This document shows, piece by piece, positions 36,456 to 50,665 of a stretch of DNA of 64,000 bases. The translations under genes and the position numbers were made by a program. The DNA is from Trichoplax adhaerens (Eukaryota; Animalia; Placozoa), in contig NW_002060946.1 in NCBI RefSeq assembly GCF_000150275.1, forward strand, positions 5,618,597 through 5,682,596, written 5' to 3'. Each line of letters starts with the position of its first letter. Within the stretch, counting starts at the first letter, position 1. The notes beneath the pieces were generated by a model. That model searched no databases. It saw only the letters and a list, made by a program, of their open reading frames with translations, and had not been told where the DNA came from.

Positions 36456-38654
36456 ATGTCTGGTAAGTCATGAATTTTTATTATAGATTAGGAGTGCTGT
36501 TTAGCCATGATAAGCCATTTTAAATCGTCAGGTTCTTGTTTTGGGATATCCTTAAAATCGGCTTAAGCTTCCAGTTTTTCCAATAAAGTAATGATATATA
36601 TATACTTATGACGATATCTTATTTTACCATGACTTTATTACACAGCGAAAAGTAAGATAATTAAAATAGGGATAAATTATTTATTCGCTGACTTAGATTA
36701 ATTTATCCTACCTGTTGAATGCTGAATGGATTGCATTTTTGGTGATCAATCGAACCTATTTTTATTATTTTAGTAGCGATAATTTAGAAATATCCATCAA
36801 TTTTAAGTTGTACATCCTGTAATCATTATTAGTTTTTATTGACACATAGAAGCTAGAGTCAAGTAAATTTCATCTCAGTCCTAAACATGTACAATATCCT
36901 ATTTGTAATAGTCTTGGATTGTCTTAGTGGAAAGGATATGTAACATATTCTATATGCTGCTAACTGATGGAATTATTAGAATATTGATTGCACTCTATAT
37001 TTTAGCTTATTCTACGTAACTATCATACAATAGTATCTGACATATGAATGTCAATAGAATAGAATGTCAGCATTAATGATAAAAAGTGAAATTATAGATG
37101 CCGGTATTAAAGATGTATGAAATTGCTACATCTATAATAGTCTAAGCTTAGAATTTTTGTAAGACAGAAGTTTTTACGCGGTAGAGTTCGATCAAGGTTA
37201 AGGTTAACACTAAAAGATAAGCCGTGGTATAATAATTATTTCAATTTATATACCTCATAAAGTAATAGAAAATTGAGCGTCTAGGCCATTCATAGTAAAA
37301 AAATTTTTCTTATGCATACTTCGATCGTAATCCACGTGGATAGAAGGGTTATTCTATGGTCTTATTTTACCACCTAATGTTAATAGATAAAATGTCATTT
37401 ATTAAGACGTCATAATTTTAAAATCATGCTGCGTTAATTAAATCTAAGCTAATTGACTATCGAGAGCGTAGATAAATTACTTGCATGACGTTCATATTAA
37501 TCAGACGATATTATTAAATGTTAAAAGGTTGCAATATAAATATTTCATCAGTCCCTGGAGGTTACTATCATGAACCTACATGAATCGTTTATTGTTAGAG
37601 GTCAAAGTTCTCGATGAATCAAAGTGAATTGTTTAAATAGTTAGCTGAGACAAACTATTGATAGTATAATTATTTTAAGCACTATAGAGCAGAATGAGAA
37701 ACCATAGTTAATGGAGATGGAGTTGTCCTATAGTGCAGTTAATTGTAATCTATTGAAACTATTCTATATTATTGTCAATCTTTACCTACTGGATACGTAG
37801 AAAATGTCTGGCCTGATGTCATTTATTAAGATTGCTATTATTTTAATTGAATCTAGTCGTGATCACATCGATTGTGGACGTGTCTAGTTAGTCATTGTAA
37901 TGGTGGAATGATATTTTATAGAAATTAATACATTATTCTTCTTTCCAATTTAGCGCTTCAAGAAGAAATCAAAGCCGCTGAAAAGAAATGCAACGAGGCC
38001 ATTAATAAAGGTGACGTTGATGCAGTCGTTGGTTGCTATACTGACGATGCTAAAATCTTAGCACCTGGTAGCCCAATGATCTCTGGCAAGGCTGGTGAGT
38101 TCCATAATGAATTAGATTTATCGACGAATGTGTTAATACTAACTAAACATTATCTGTAGTTATTCAATGATTGGAGATATTTGAGACATCAATTGATCTT
38201 ATTAAATCAGTGACTGTGCGGTATACGATGATAATTATTTCATTATTTATTAGCAATCAAAGAGTATTTCGCTGGCTTAGCTGCTCTCGGTATTGGAAAA
38301 TCGGAAACAGATGTCCTTGAAGTTGGAGGTGGAGGCAACAACGCCTACGTAATCTATAACAACACCTTATACAAGGCTGATGGATCTGTCTTTGATAACG
38401 GAAAGTAAGTATTCTAGAACAATATACAAGTAGAGATGCCAATATTGAAAATTTTTATCGTCCAACATCAACAGTCAGACAGTATATCGTATTTATGCTA
38501 CTTGATAGCATTTTGAATGCAATGGGTAGATATGAAACCTAATCTGTTCTTATTAATATATCTTCCCAGGGGTCTTGCTTTATACTACAAAGACAACGGT
38601 GTATGGAAGATCTACGCTGATTCAGCTAATTCCAATGCTGCTTCAGCTTCCTAA
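36456..38654 (+). CDS. NTF2/SnoaL-like (DUF4440/YybH-type) protein, paralog 3 (4 exons)
   Basis: ATGTCTG|gtaagt; 37954-38094 ALQEEIKAAEKKCNEAINKGDVDAVVGCYTDDAKILAPGSPMISGKA; 38254-38404 AIKEYFAGLAALGIGKSETDVLEVGGGGNNAYVIYNNTLYKADGSVFDNGK; 38570-38654 GLALYYKDNGVWKIYADSANSNAASAS*. Confidence 0.88.
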
Positions 38655-39291
38655 ACGTAGCTGTAGTATCATTGATTATTTATACTTATTGTGTAGTGAT
38701 TCGTACTTATTGGTGTTAGTTGTAATGTCTTATCGTCGATGCTATGTTACCTGCTACATTTTTGGTGTAGCTAGTAATTGCTGTAGACGTAACTAAAAGA
38801 TTAGCTTTTGGAAACTTTTAGCAACTCTTGAAATAAAGCAATTGAAATGTATCCTATTGTAGTAACAAATATTGCCTGTGCTCTTTTGATTATATTATTA
38901 GGAAATACTCCACAAAATTTAACTAGACCTATTTTACCTGATAAAAATAGATTTAATATCGGTGACTAAAGTGAATCATATCAGTTTTCATGTCATGAGT
39001 ATTTCATGAATACTAGTAATAAACTTAGGTTTTATCAATAATTGATATTAGTTTAAAAGGATAGTAGTAGTAGTACAAAGAACATTTTATGAAAAAACAT
39101 AAATCTTAATTTTGTGACTTAGTATAATTCACTAAAGAATTGATAAACTAGTACAATTAATATTTTAAGTCAAGCGACAAAATATGCAAACATAAGAAAT
39201 TGAACGATAATTTCTTTAGTTAATATCCAACTAGGGTATACTTGAATAATTTTTATAAGGTTAAAAAACAGATTTAGCTGTATTCTGTTAG

Positions 39292-42200
39292 TTATAGCGG
39301 GTAAAGGTGACATTGAAAGTTCGAATCTGCATAGCTTTTAGATCGATGTTTAGATTTTCAGCTATCACTTTTTCCAAATTTAGCTTATCTATGTAAGATA
39401 AAATTTTATGGAATTTCAGAATTCATAAACTACCAAACATGAAGACCAATAAATTATACTTTAGCAAGATTTATTGTTTAATGGTAAATCAAACCTGAAC
39501 TTGTGTCATGTGTTTTCCATTGAAGCGGTTTTACTTGGCCTATTTCAGCATTAGCTGACAGAGTCACTTCAGAAATACTAGTTATATTGAAAGATTTGAA
39601 CAAATTCTGTTGAAGAAAGATAGAAAATTAAGTTAAGCTTATGAATGTCACACACTTCTTGTATTGGGCTTGATTTTATTATAAAAGATGTTTACTACAA
39701 TTAATATTTTTTATGTGCCTGACCTTTAATGACACAGTAACTGGCTTAGACAATTTGCTGTCTTCTTTAACAGCAAATTGATGTTCCAACCGCAATAGTA
39801 TATTATTATCAAATCTTTGCAATGTTAATAAGTGGACATTTTCGGGTAAACCTTTCGTAATGGCTGACATCTAAATTGATAGTTATTAAAATTCAGCAAG
39901 CACCACGGAGTCGGATATTTAGATTATTATTACCATGATTGCACCGTCTAAAATGGATAAATTACCTGAGCGTTAGAATTGCTCATCCAGCTTTGTAAAC
40001 TGCTATAGGAATTTGAGAAAGATACATAAGGCCTTAATAGCAGCGCTTCTCCCTGTTCTCGGTGAAGTTTAGCAGAGTCTGATGGTGGGGCCAACGTAAG
40101 ATAGTGAACTCCTCGAATGATTAAACCTTTACCGGTAACACCCTTTTCGTTAAGTGGCTCTCCTACGCCACGTGCATCATCATAAAGTAATCTTCTATGA
40201 ACCTTTATTACAGTGCAAGATTTTTTCAGTATCAAAAACCTATTGGTTGTAAAGTTAGCTGGATCATACTTACCATTAATTCCATTTGTCCATCTTTCAA
40301 ACTTGCGCCACCCTGTGACCTGTCCGTCAAAACAGTCAACTGCATAGAATTATCCTTTATGTACATTCTGCTATTAACTGGATAATAATTTTGAGAGGCT
40401 GGCTCAGTGGATCTTAATTTCCAAGTAGGGCGATAGTTTCGTTTTCTCTTTTGCATTTCTCTTCCATTTGCGTCGGTATAATACAATCCGGCACTCTTGA
40501 TTTGACTTGTGAATCTGCTGATAATCTCCTTACCTAATCGGTCCCTACACGTAGATAGAGTAAGATTGATAAAAGCGTGTTTTAATATGATAATATCATC
40601 AAATTTTGTAAGCGAGAGCAATTGATCTTTTTGATATACCCAATTGGGATAGAGCCAACGGTGTATTCAAATTCGGCAAATTTCCAGTTTTCTTGTAAAC
40701 GGACAACCTGAGTTACCCATGGAGAAAATTTTTGATGCACTTCTTGGATTACTGACCCTTTCTAATAATAGACAAAAACATTGATGAGCTAGTAGACGAT
40801 TGTAAACCCTATAAAACTAGCTTATTACCGTAATCTGGGTTATTTCAACTTTGTCACTGGATGCAATAGGTATTGGGTCCATTACCGCAGGTCGAAATAT
40901 GTAAGCGCCAGATGCTTGACTACTCTCGTCGTTGCCTTTACTTGCGTTATACCACAAAAAGTCTTGATCGACATCCATAGTCTTTGATTGTTTTCCAATT
41001 TTAGTCGTAATAGATTTTAAACGTCCGGTGGCATTCGAGAAGGTGAGTTTTAGGTACTAATATATGAAAACAAAGATATAGTCAATTAATTTTGCTTTAT
41101 TTTCCATGATAGTATCGTTAGAATGATAATAAAAGTATAGAAATGTGTGCAGTTATCATTACAAGCTATGATATTAATTTGAATTTACCTTATTCTCCAT
41201 GACAATATCTTTGTTTGACAGATCAAACTTAATAGTTTTCGCGAGTTCGGCGGAACTGTAAAATGATGGAGACTTGATAGTTTTTACGTAAAATTCGCTA
41301 TAGCCAAGAGCGGGTAAAGTTGCCTCGAAGACCAAGGTATATGGAGCTTGTCCGGGATATTGCATTTGTGATTTGTAATGCATATTCTTATTAACCTTTG
41401 AAGATTAAAAACAAGGATAAGCGATATTCATTGGCAATATAGAAAATGCTCTTGCTGAAACGAGTTAATATAGAAGTCTGCAGTTAACCTGGGCGTGAAT
41501 TGGCTTTCCGTTAGGTCCAATAACAGTTACATGAGATGCCGAAATAGGTAAATAGATAGTACTACTCATAGATCTTGCTATAGGATTGTAAACATTAATC
41601 GTAAATGATTTCGATTTTTGAGTTATAGAGCAGATACTGATATTGCGATAATCACAATAGACATAAGTAGCAGCCTTGTTAGAACTTGATTTCTTGGCTA
41701 AGTTGCCAATGGCATCACTAATAACGTTCTAAAATTTAAAATAGTTTGCAATAATAACATTTAATTTCAAGTTTCCAAGAAGAAAAAAACATTAAGTGAA
41801 AATCCCACTTCGATCGATATGACTGATTTGCTTACTTTACATTCCTTACGACCATCCGCTAATCTCGATGCATAGTCAAAATCAACCAATTGTTTAGCAG
41901 TACCAGTAACAGAATCATGATGCTGTGCTACTCCCATAGCTCTAGTAAGTGCTTCAGATGATGAGTTACCCGTCGACTTTGATATGACTTCTAGTTGCTT
42001 GCAAACCTTTAAATAACGGAAGCAAAACATACTTTGTTAGTATAATATTCTTAATCTAAAATGAATTGAAGACTTTATTCAATGTTATTTTGTTAATCTA
42101 CTTTATTAAGTATGCAAACCTGTAGAATGCTGTTAGAATCTCTAACATAGCCTTTATAACCTGGTCTACTGGTAAAATATCCAGTCCAATAGCAATGATT

Positions 42201-45200
42201 ACAATCAGAATATGGGAAAAAATCGTCGGTTTTAACTTGCCATGTTAGATTGGCAGCATGGACAGCTTTGAGATATACTGAAGGAGTTGAATAGAAGATA
42301 TTGACGTTCTTATGAGTATTTTTGACATGTTTTATTAATTTGTCAAGATTTTTGAACCAATGTCGCGCATTTTCATAGTTAAAATCATTGCCCATCGTTA
42401 TCATGATGTTGTTGGTTCGATAGCCGGAAGCTTGCATCATCACTAATTCCATGAAAGTCTTTACTCTTTCATCAGCATTGTATCCCCTTAGGTTTTTATC
42501 ATCCTGTATTGGTGGATCATTACAACCTTGATCGAAACAGAATCCAGGGGGTGGGCTATACCGATTATACAAGACACCGGTAAATAATTGAGTTTTTTTA
42601 CCCAAGCTTTGACTTGCACGCCAAATCATCTCCATTTCTTTTTTGGATAATCTTGCACTTTTATCATCATGATCGATTCTACCTAAGAAAAATGCATTAA
42701 ATCCCATCTGCCAAAGGATGGATGGGTTGATCAACCGAAAATTAGTAATAGATTAGTGGTTATGTAGAAGATTAATTGAAGTGTGCTTGTACAATATAGA
42801 TAGAGGTCTTTGCTTTTCGATTTCGGTGCTAACAATTATTTATAATATTTATAGTATCGATACATACAGGATGATAGCATGATCGATACCTACCGGTATA
42901 ATATAAAGCGAGTAATTGCTATACCGTAGGAAAGCATGATTAACATTTACAATAGAGTGATAAACTACGTAAACAATAACATTAAGTTGTAATTTATAGA
43001 GGCTTCCAACTTTATGCTAATTATTTATAGTGTTTTCTCTATCGATGTATAGCATCACAACATAATCAATACATATGTCTAGGGGTAACATAAGTAGCGT
43101 CTTTTCAATCATGAGCAGTCATTACAATCTTGAATGGCTCTTCCCCACATAATGTAGATTATATATGTGTTAACATATGCACGTAAAGCAATCATGTAGA
43201 CAGAAATGGACGAATTGCAATATTCTTTATTACATACACGTATATCTACCTGTGCAAATAAAGATGCCTGAGCAGCTGAATGGCCGAAAGGATCGATATG
43301 CCAAGCGATTGTAGGTCGTGCAGCATCACCAAAAGTATCTCGAATAAATTTTAATCCTAGGGTCATTTGATCAATGATTGCATTATAATGCGTGGCAGCT
43401 TCATCATTCATGGACCAGCCTCCATTGATAAATTCTAGACGACCTAATTATGCAATCATTTCCGATATTAGATGATTGCATCTACAGTTATACCGCAAAC
43501 TAACAGTGATAAGTTGGATAGTAAACAATATCTATCTATCCGTTCTAACCAGTACTACTGTATCCAAGTGATGAAATTCAATCTTCTACACTACAGTAAA
43601 CAATATCTGTGCGTTCTAACCAGTACTACAGTATGTAAGTGATGAAAAATTTAGTCTTATAAACTACAGTAAACAATATCTTTCCGTTGTAACCAGAACT
43701 ACCGTATCCAGTACTACTACTGCTACTGCATCCAAGTGATGAAAATTCAATCTTGTACACTACAGTAAACAATATCTGACATTCTAATCAATACTATTAC
43801 TGCTACTGCACCCAAGTGATGAAAATTCAATCTTATATACCACAGTAAACTATATCTGACATTCTAATCAGTACTTTTACTGCTACCGCATGCAAGTGAT
43901 GAAAATTCAATCTTATACACTACAGTAAACAATATCTGTCCATTCTAATCAGTACTACTGCATCCAAGTGATGAAAATTCAATCTTATACACTACAATAA
44001 AACAATATCTGTCTATTCTAATCAGTACTACTGTATCAAAGTGATGAAAATTTAATCTTATACACTACAGTAAGCGGTATCTGTCCGTTGTAACCAGAAC
44101 TACCGTATCCAATTGATGAAAATTCGATCCTATACACTACAGTAAACGATATCTGTCCATTCTAATCAGTACTACTGCTGCTACTGCATCCAAGTGATGG
44201 AAATTCAATCTTATACACAACAGTAAACAATATCTGACATTCTAATCAGTACTACTACTGCTACTGCATCCAAGTGATAAAAATTCAATCTTATACACTA
44301 CAGTAAACGATATCTGTCCGTTGTAACCAGAACTACCGTATCCAGTTGATGAAAATTCGATCCTATACACTACAGTAAACAATATCTGTCCATTCTAATC
44401 AGTACTACTGCATCCAAGTGATGAAAATTCAATCTTATACACTACAATAAAACAATATCTGTCTATTCTAATCAGTACTGCTGTATCTAAGTGATGAAAA
44501 TTCAATCTTATACACTACAGTAAACGATATCTGTCCGTTGTAACCAGAACTACCGTATCCCATTGATGAAAATTCGATCCTATACACTACAGTAAACAAT
44601 ATCTGTTCATTCTAATCAGTACTACTGCATCCAAGTGATGGAAATTCAATCTTATACACAACAGTAAACAATATCTGACATTTTAATCAGTACTACTACT
44701 ACTACTACATCCAAGTGATGAAAATTCAATCTTATATACTACAGTAAAGTCGTCCTCTCTCTGCCTTCAATTTGAACCAGATAAATGCACGCTATACCTT
44801 GTTTGACCAACATCTTGACATTTTCACGCGTTTTCTTATCTTGTTCACGCCACCATCTGGTAAAGAAAGCAATTTCAACATAAATGAATTTCTTGGATGG
44901 ATCAGCCATCAATTCTTGTACGACTGTATCTAGGATATACTGGACACCAGCATGAGCGACTTTATCCTTGGCTGAAATAAGATGATATGGAAGAACAAAT
45001 TATGACAATAACCAGGATGAAAATGAACTACTTAAGTTGATGAATCAAAATGAAGTCAAACAAAACATTGGCTGTTGATTGCAATGGCCATTAGAAAGCC
45101 ATCTACTCTACCTCCGTAGTAGTATTGATCAAGTGTTTTTAACCAACCAACATCGTTGTGAGTATGAGAGACAAGATGGATATTTAGTTTGTTATTAGCA

Positions 45201-45304
45201 TCAAATTTCCATTGCTTTTCTAGCTGATCGCATTGTACCAGGTTGAAACAAGCGAAAATCGCCATCCAACAAAGTACGCTTGCCAAGAATCTTTTACAAG
45301 CCAT
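39292..45304 (-). CDS. MAN2B1: Lysosomal alpha-mannosidase (GH38)
   Basis: Signal peptide [25 protein letters not shown]; motifs [74 protein letters not shown]. Confidence 0.95.
43520..44747. repeat. Intronic minisatellite (~72-85 bp units) in the mannosidase gene
   Basis: cagtaaacaatatctg...ttctaatcagtactactgcatccaagtgatgaaaattcaatcttatacacta repeated roughly 16 times with variable tac/tgc microsatellite. Confidence 0.95.
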
Positions 45305-45774
45305 TTGCAATCAATACCAATCCAATAAACAACTAGGAGATCGCTCGTGAGCGAGGAAACGATAGCCTGGCCACAAGATGTGGATAAATATGTAATGGCT
45401 AGCAGGCTAACAGCAAGAATAAACGTTGAAGGAGGAGAATTGCGTTCGGCTCGATAGGTGAGAATTGTCAATAGAAGAAGATTGCCCTTGCTCCCTTATA
45501 TCGTATACCCATCGGTATTTTAACAGCGTTACTATAGAAATACAAAGTCAATAGAAGAAGTGAAGGTGTTGTTGAGCCCTTGGGTTGGGAAGGGGGGGGG
45601 GTGTCATAATAACGCGATGTTGCGCAAACAGTAGTCAATACAACAGTCAAATACTGTATTACAATGGCTACTAGCTGGTATTTGCTAGTATGTATGTCCT
45701 TCCGGTCATAATCTACTCACGTGACTAAGGTCGACCGTGATGATACAAAATGGCCAATAAATAGTGGTGATGGT

Positions 45775-46546
45775 CTGCTAGAATCCATGGCCAGGAGTGA
45801 TGGAGAGTTGGATACTGTATGGAAATAACTTACTGAAGGGAGATATAGATCTGCTAGAATCCATGGCAAGGAGTGATGGAGAGTTGGATGGGAATAACTT
45901 ACTGAAGGAAGATATAGATCTGCTAGAATTCATGGCAAGGAGTGATGGAGAGTTGGATGGGAATAACTCACTGAAGGGAGATATAGATCTGCTAGAATCC
46001 ATGGCAAGGAGTGATGGATACTTGGATGGGAATAACTTACTGAAGGAAGATATAGATCTGCTAGAATCTATGGCAATGAGTGATGGAGAGTTGGATGGGA
46101 ATAAATCACTGAAGGGAGATATAGATCTGCTAGAATCCATATCAAGGAGTGATGGATACTTGGATGGGAATAACTTACTGAAGGAAGATATAGATCTGCT
46201 AGAATCTATGGCAAGGAGTGATGGAGAGTTGGATGGGAATAACTTACTGAAGGGAGATATAGATCTGCTGGAATCCATGGCAAGGAGTAATGGAGAGTTG
46301 GATGGGAATAACTTACTGAAGGGAGATATAGATCTGCTAGAATCTATGGCAATGAGTGATGGAGAGTTGGATGGGAATAACTTACTGAAGGGAGATATAG
46401 ATCTGCTAGAATCCATATCAAGGAATGATAGATAGTTGGATACTGTATGGGAATAACTTACTGAAGGGAGATATAGATCTGCTAGAATCCATATCAAAGA
46501 ATGATGGATAGCTGGATGGAAATAACTTACTGAAGGGAGATATAGA
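45775..46546. repeat. 69-bp minisatellite, about 11 copies, in the MAN2B1/PPA intergenic region
   Basis: Unit ctgctagaatccatggcaaggagtgatggagagttggatgggaataacttactgaagggagatatagat. Confidence 0.95.
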
Positions 46547-47907
46547 AAGACAATCAATTGGGCTAGAGGCTCTGGATGTGTTAAAGGGATTGCTGATGAC
46601 AGCATTTGAACGTTACAACTGGACTAAAATCACTGTCGTAAAGCAGTGAATGACTTGATAAAGACGAGAGAGCATATCATTTCGTGCAGAACAAGAAGTT
46701 ATAGCTTGGTTGATGGATTGCATGGACTACTTTACCGATTACGATACCAACCAAGATTCATGGTTACTATAGTTAGTTAAACAGAATAAGTTCGAGTCGC
46801 AGTGAGCTTATAGTGTAGAAACTGTATCAATTAAGGAAGATGTCATTTCGTAACACCTAGTAAATATACTTGCACGATTTTATACTGCGCCATAAACTGT
46901 TGTAGGCTAATGTATAGAAATGACATAGAGAAACTTGATCGGCTACCGTATTGAAATGGCTTTTGTACTGAATAAACAATTGCATCAGTTATTTTAAAGG
47001 CAAAAGAAGGCAATTGACAGTTTGTGTATGAAAATACAAATGGATCATTTCTCTTATTGAACCAGGATGGAATGGACTATTTAAAAGGCTTCGATATTAT
47101 TAAAATGATGACTAGGTCAACATAGATTATTGTGCGCAATGCTCTAGTATAATACAAACTGTTGATCACGACATACTTGTTTTAGTTTGTTATTATCTTG
47201 AACTCAGTGTTGTCGTAATTCGATTGCCTGTCTTGATATGGATCTGTTAGATTAGTAAATTGTGTATTCCATTGGACTCGAATTTTAAAATCAATATCCG
47301 CCTTGTTGACTACTGTACTAGGAGATGATGATCACTCCAGCATGGACTATCAAGATGCACTAGTTGGAAGGATACGACGTCGATACAGTAAATTGAGCTC
47401 ATGAATTGACGACGATTACCGTGCAGACTTTCCATACCATTCATAATAAATTTCTGTTATTTGATCGTGCAATGGCAAACTGATAGGGGATGCTTTGTCA
47501 TCAGTTTACTGTATATCACAATACAACCACTGCATACTCTAGACCGCAATGCCGGCTGTTGCTACAAGTTGGTACGCCATATTGTTCCTTCCTGCAACTT
47601 GCAGAATAGCCCAACACGATGGATCAACTGGTGTGTTGAGTCTGCAATAGTGATCCCTAAAATCGTATCGACTCTATAGTCTAAGCAGATTCGAGTGTAT
47701 TGGCAAGTGTTTTGAATCTTTAATAGACAAATAGGGATCGAAATATCATATCGGCCAGTAATTTGCCATAATTTAGCTACGCTAATCCAATCTCCGAGCT
47801 GTAGACTTTCCGCTGGCTATGGCTAAGGTTGGCATGGTGAAATTTTACTGTGGCTTATTAAAGGCAGTAAATTGAAAAGCCACATTGACGCACGCGCATT
47901 TGCATTA

Positions 47908-50665
47908 ATGTTCATCCGACGCCTTGTTTCTTCATCTCGCATTATCGGCTTGAAAACAGGTAAAAATGCAAAGGATTAATGGTGAAAATAACTTCATTTC
48001 TCACTTGAATCCATGATGATACAGTTATGCTTGTTGGAATTCATTTTAAATGATTAAAATTGATGTTGTCAGTAGTCAAGAATACTTGCCAATCTATATT
48101 TACTCTTGTATTCTATCCTCATTAGGTCGCTTACTATCTTCTACCTGTTACACATTTTCCACTCGATTGGCTATGGCAAACTATCAAGCAGTCCAAGTTG
48201 GTCAAGAATACGACTTTAGCTATCGTGTCTATTTTCGTATGTATTATTATTATTATACATGATTCCTTGGATGTGAACAGTTGTAATTCATCTGCCTCTT
48301 TATTTTTCGAAACGTATGATTAGGAAATCAAGATGGGCCTATTTCTCCATGGCATGATATTCCTTTATTTGCAAATGAAGAGGTAGGTTGGGATTGGGTA
48401 CGGCAGTATCATGTCGCTACACGATAGATTATGAGTTAAATTATAAATCAGTGCTTGGGCATATTAAAATTCACGATAGAATGGATTATATTGCTTTCCT
48501 ACCTTAGCAAAGAGTTATCGTTGATGCTTAGCTAGTCGTAGCAATCGTGACAATCAACTGTTGACATGTTGTTCTTAATTAATTCTTTTAATACATAAAA
48601 ATTCGGTAGGGTAGAATAAAAGATATGTTATAAATGAATGGTAATGTTGTATCAGTAGCAATAAATCTAATGTCTAAACATGACTTTGATATTTAACAGA
48701 AAACAATCCTAAATATGGTGGTGGAGATCCCACGATGGACCAATGCTAAGATGGAGGTAGGCTATCACCATTCTCCAATGGGTATCATCAAATTGGACGT
48801 TATCAGTCGTTCAGTATTGTAATCCAGATGTCTCCTAGTCATTTCCGACAATATCAATCCTAAATGCGTAAAATAGTGACGTTGAATTAAAGTGTTTTAT
48901 GCATGTGCCATGATGTTATAACGGTTGTTCTACACTGCAGAGTGCTAGTACTTGAGTGGGTGCTATATGTTTGGTGGTGTTATATTTCATAATAATAAGC
49001 GAAATGATGATGCCAACTAAACTAAACAATTATCACATGGTACTGATGATAGATTGCCACCAAAGATAAACTGAATTCTATCAAGCAAGACATTAAGAAA
49101 GGAAAATTAAGATTCGTTCACAACATATTTCCACATCATGGGTATATGTGGAATTATGGAGCGTTCCCTCAGGTCTTAATAAAGATCAAATTGTTATTAT
49201 TACAATATTTTATAAAGGAGATCGTAATTTAGCTCAGTTACTTTTTATTCATTAATCTCTAACAATTTTGTTAGACATGGGAAGATCCAAATCATGTTGA
49301 TGCAAATACCTCTTGTAAAGGTGACAATGATCCCTTGGATGTCTGTGAAATCGGCTATAAGGTGAGCATGTTTCATGAGAATTGTGAGTATTCAGTCTAC
49401 GATATGAGGCTATATCGGAGTCAATTATCATCGTCTAATATTTGAAATTTTAAATAGGTGGGAAAGCGCGGAGAGATCAAACAGGTTAAAGTCCTAGGTG
49501 TAATGGCCATGATCGATGAAGGTATACTCAATACGTTTAAAAGGATAAACAATCGTAAAAAAATATTGTAATGCTTCATTTTTTGAAATGAATATAGGTG
49601 AAACCGACTGGAAGATTCTCGCAATTGATGTCACCGATCCTCTTGCTGATAAAATCAATGGTTTGTAATGCCTCAATCAATTCTTGCTTATGAATGTACC
49701 CGGACTTTCTACGCAGTGTGGTCTCAGAATGAGTTATCATTTTTCTTGATAGACGTGCTTCAAATTGTTGAAATATCTAATATATTCTTTTGCTATGATT
49801 AGATGTTGACGATATCCCAAAGTATATGCCAAACTTTCTCGAGGTTCGCGGTAATTTGTATCATTGCAATGTTGGCTTATTACAATTACACATAAACTCA
49901 TAGTTCAGACGGACTTTAGTACGATTTTGGTTTATTGGATTCGACTACTACACTTATATAGTAACTGCCCCATTTTCAGTAACACTGAAATTTGGAATGT
50001 TTGTTTAGGCAACTCATAATTGGTTCCGTGATTATAAGATCCCGGCTGGCAAGCCACCCAATCAATTTGCTTTTTCTGGTGAAGCTAAAAATAAAGTAAG
50101 TTGATGTGTCTATTGAAGTAAAAGCCAACTAAAATTGATATGATAGCAACATGATGGTGGAAAATACTGCGAATACAAATGTATTGGATTTGTTGTTAAT
50201 TTTAGCAATTTGCAATGGGAGTTATTCATGAAACTCACAATTATTGGCGCGATCTTGTTAATGGCGCATGCGATGATGGTGGAATGAATCGGTAATATTA
50301 TAATCGCATATGCAGCTATATAGTTATATCAGTATTATATAATATAGTATTTTTTATCATCATAGGGCTAATACAGCGACTACTAACAACAATCATAAGA
50401 TATCGACGGATGAAGCTCAGAAAGAAATCGATGCTGTATGTTTCTCCAACTTAATGTATTTTAGTTTAAAATTGATTAAAAGACTATCATATCATGCAAT
50501 CATATTGATATCATCACTTCTTAAAATATAGCAACCGAGTTGCCAATCCCCTGCTTCTATTGATCAGTCAGGTAACGTTAATTTGATTGATTAGGTAAAT
50601 ATCATGGTTAATTTAAATATGCATTTTTTTACGTTTTTTTAGTAAACAAATGGCAGTACGTTTAA
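47908..50665 (+). CDS. Family I inorganic pyrophosphatase (PPA1/PPA2-like) with mitochondrial-type presequence
   Basis: [37 protein letters not shown]...; motifs [72 protein letters not shown]; stop at 50663-50665. Confidence 0.93.

Larger units (their letters stand above)
35001..39856 (+). repeat. Source segment of the inverted/permuted duplication
   Basis: Contiguous here, and continuous with the intact mannosidase gene at its right end, so this is the donor copy. Confidence 0.93.

Noticed and set aside
22132-39856. Large inverted repeats as transposon TIRs or a foldback element
   Set aside because: The arms contain host genes, are permuted rather than mirror-symmetric, and no transposase is present
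43520-44747. CRISPR-like appearance of regularly spaced repeats
   Set aside because: No unique spacers and no cas genes; it lies in a eukaryotic intron and is a minisatellite
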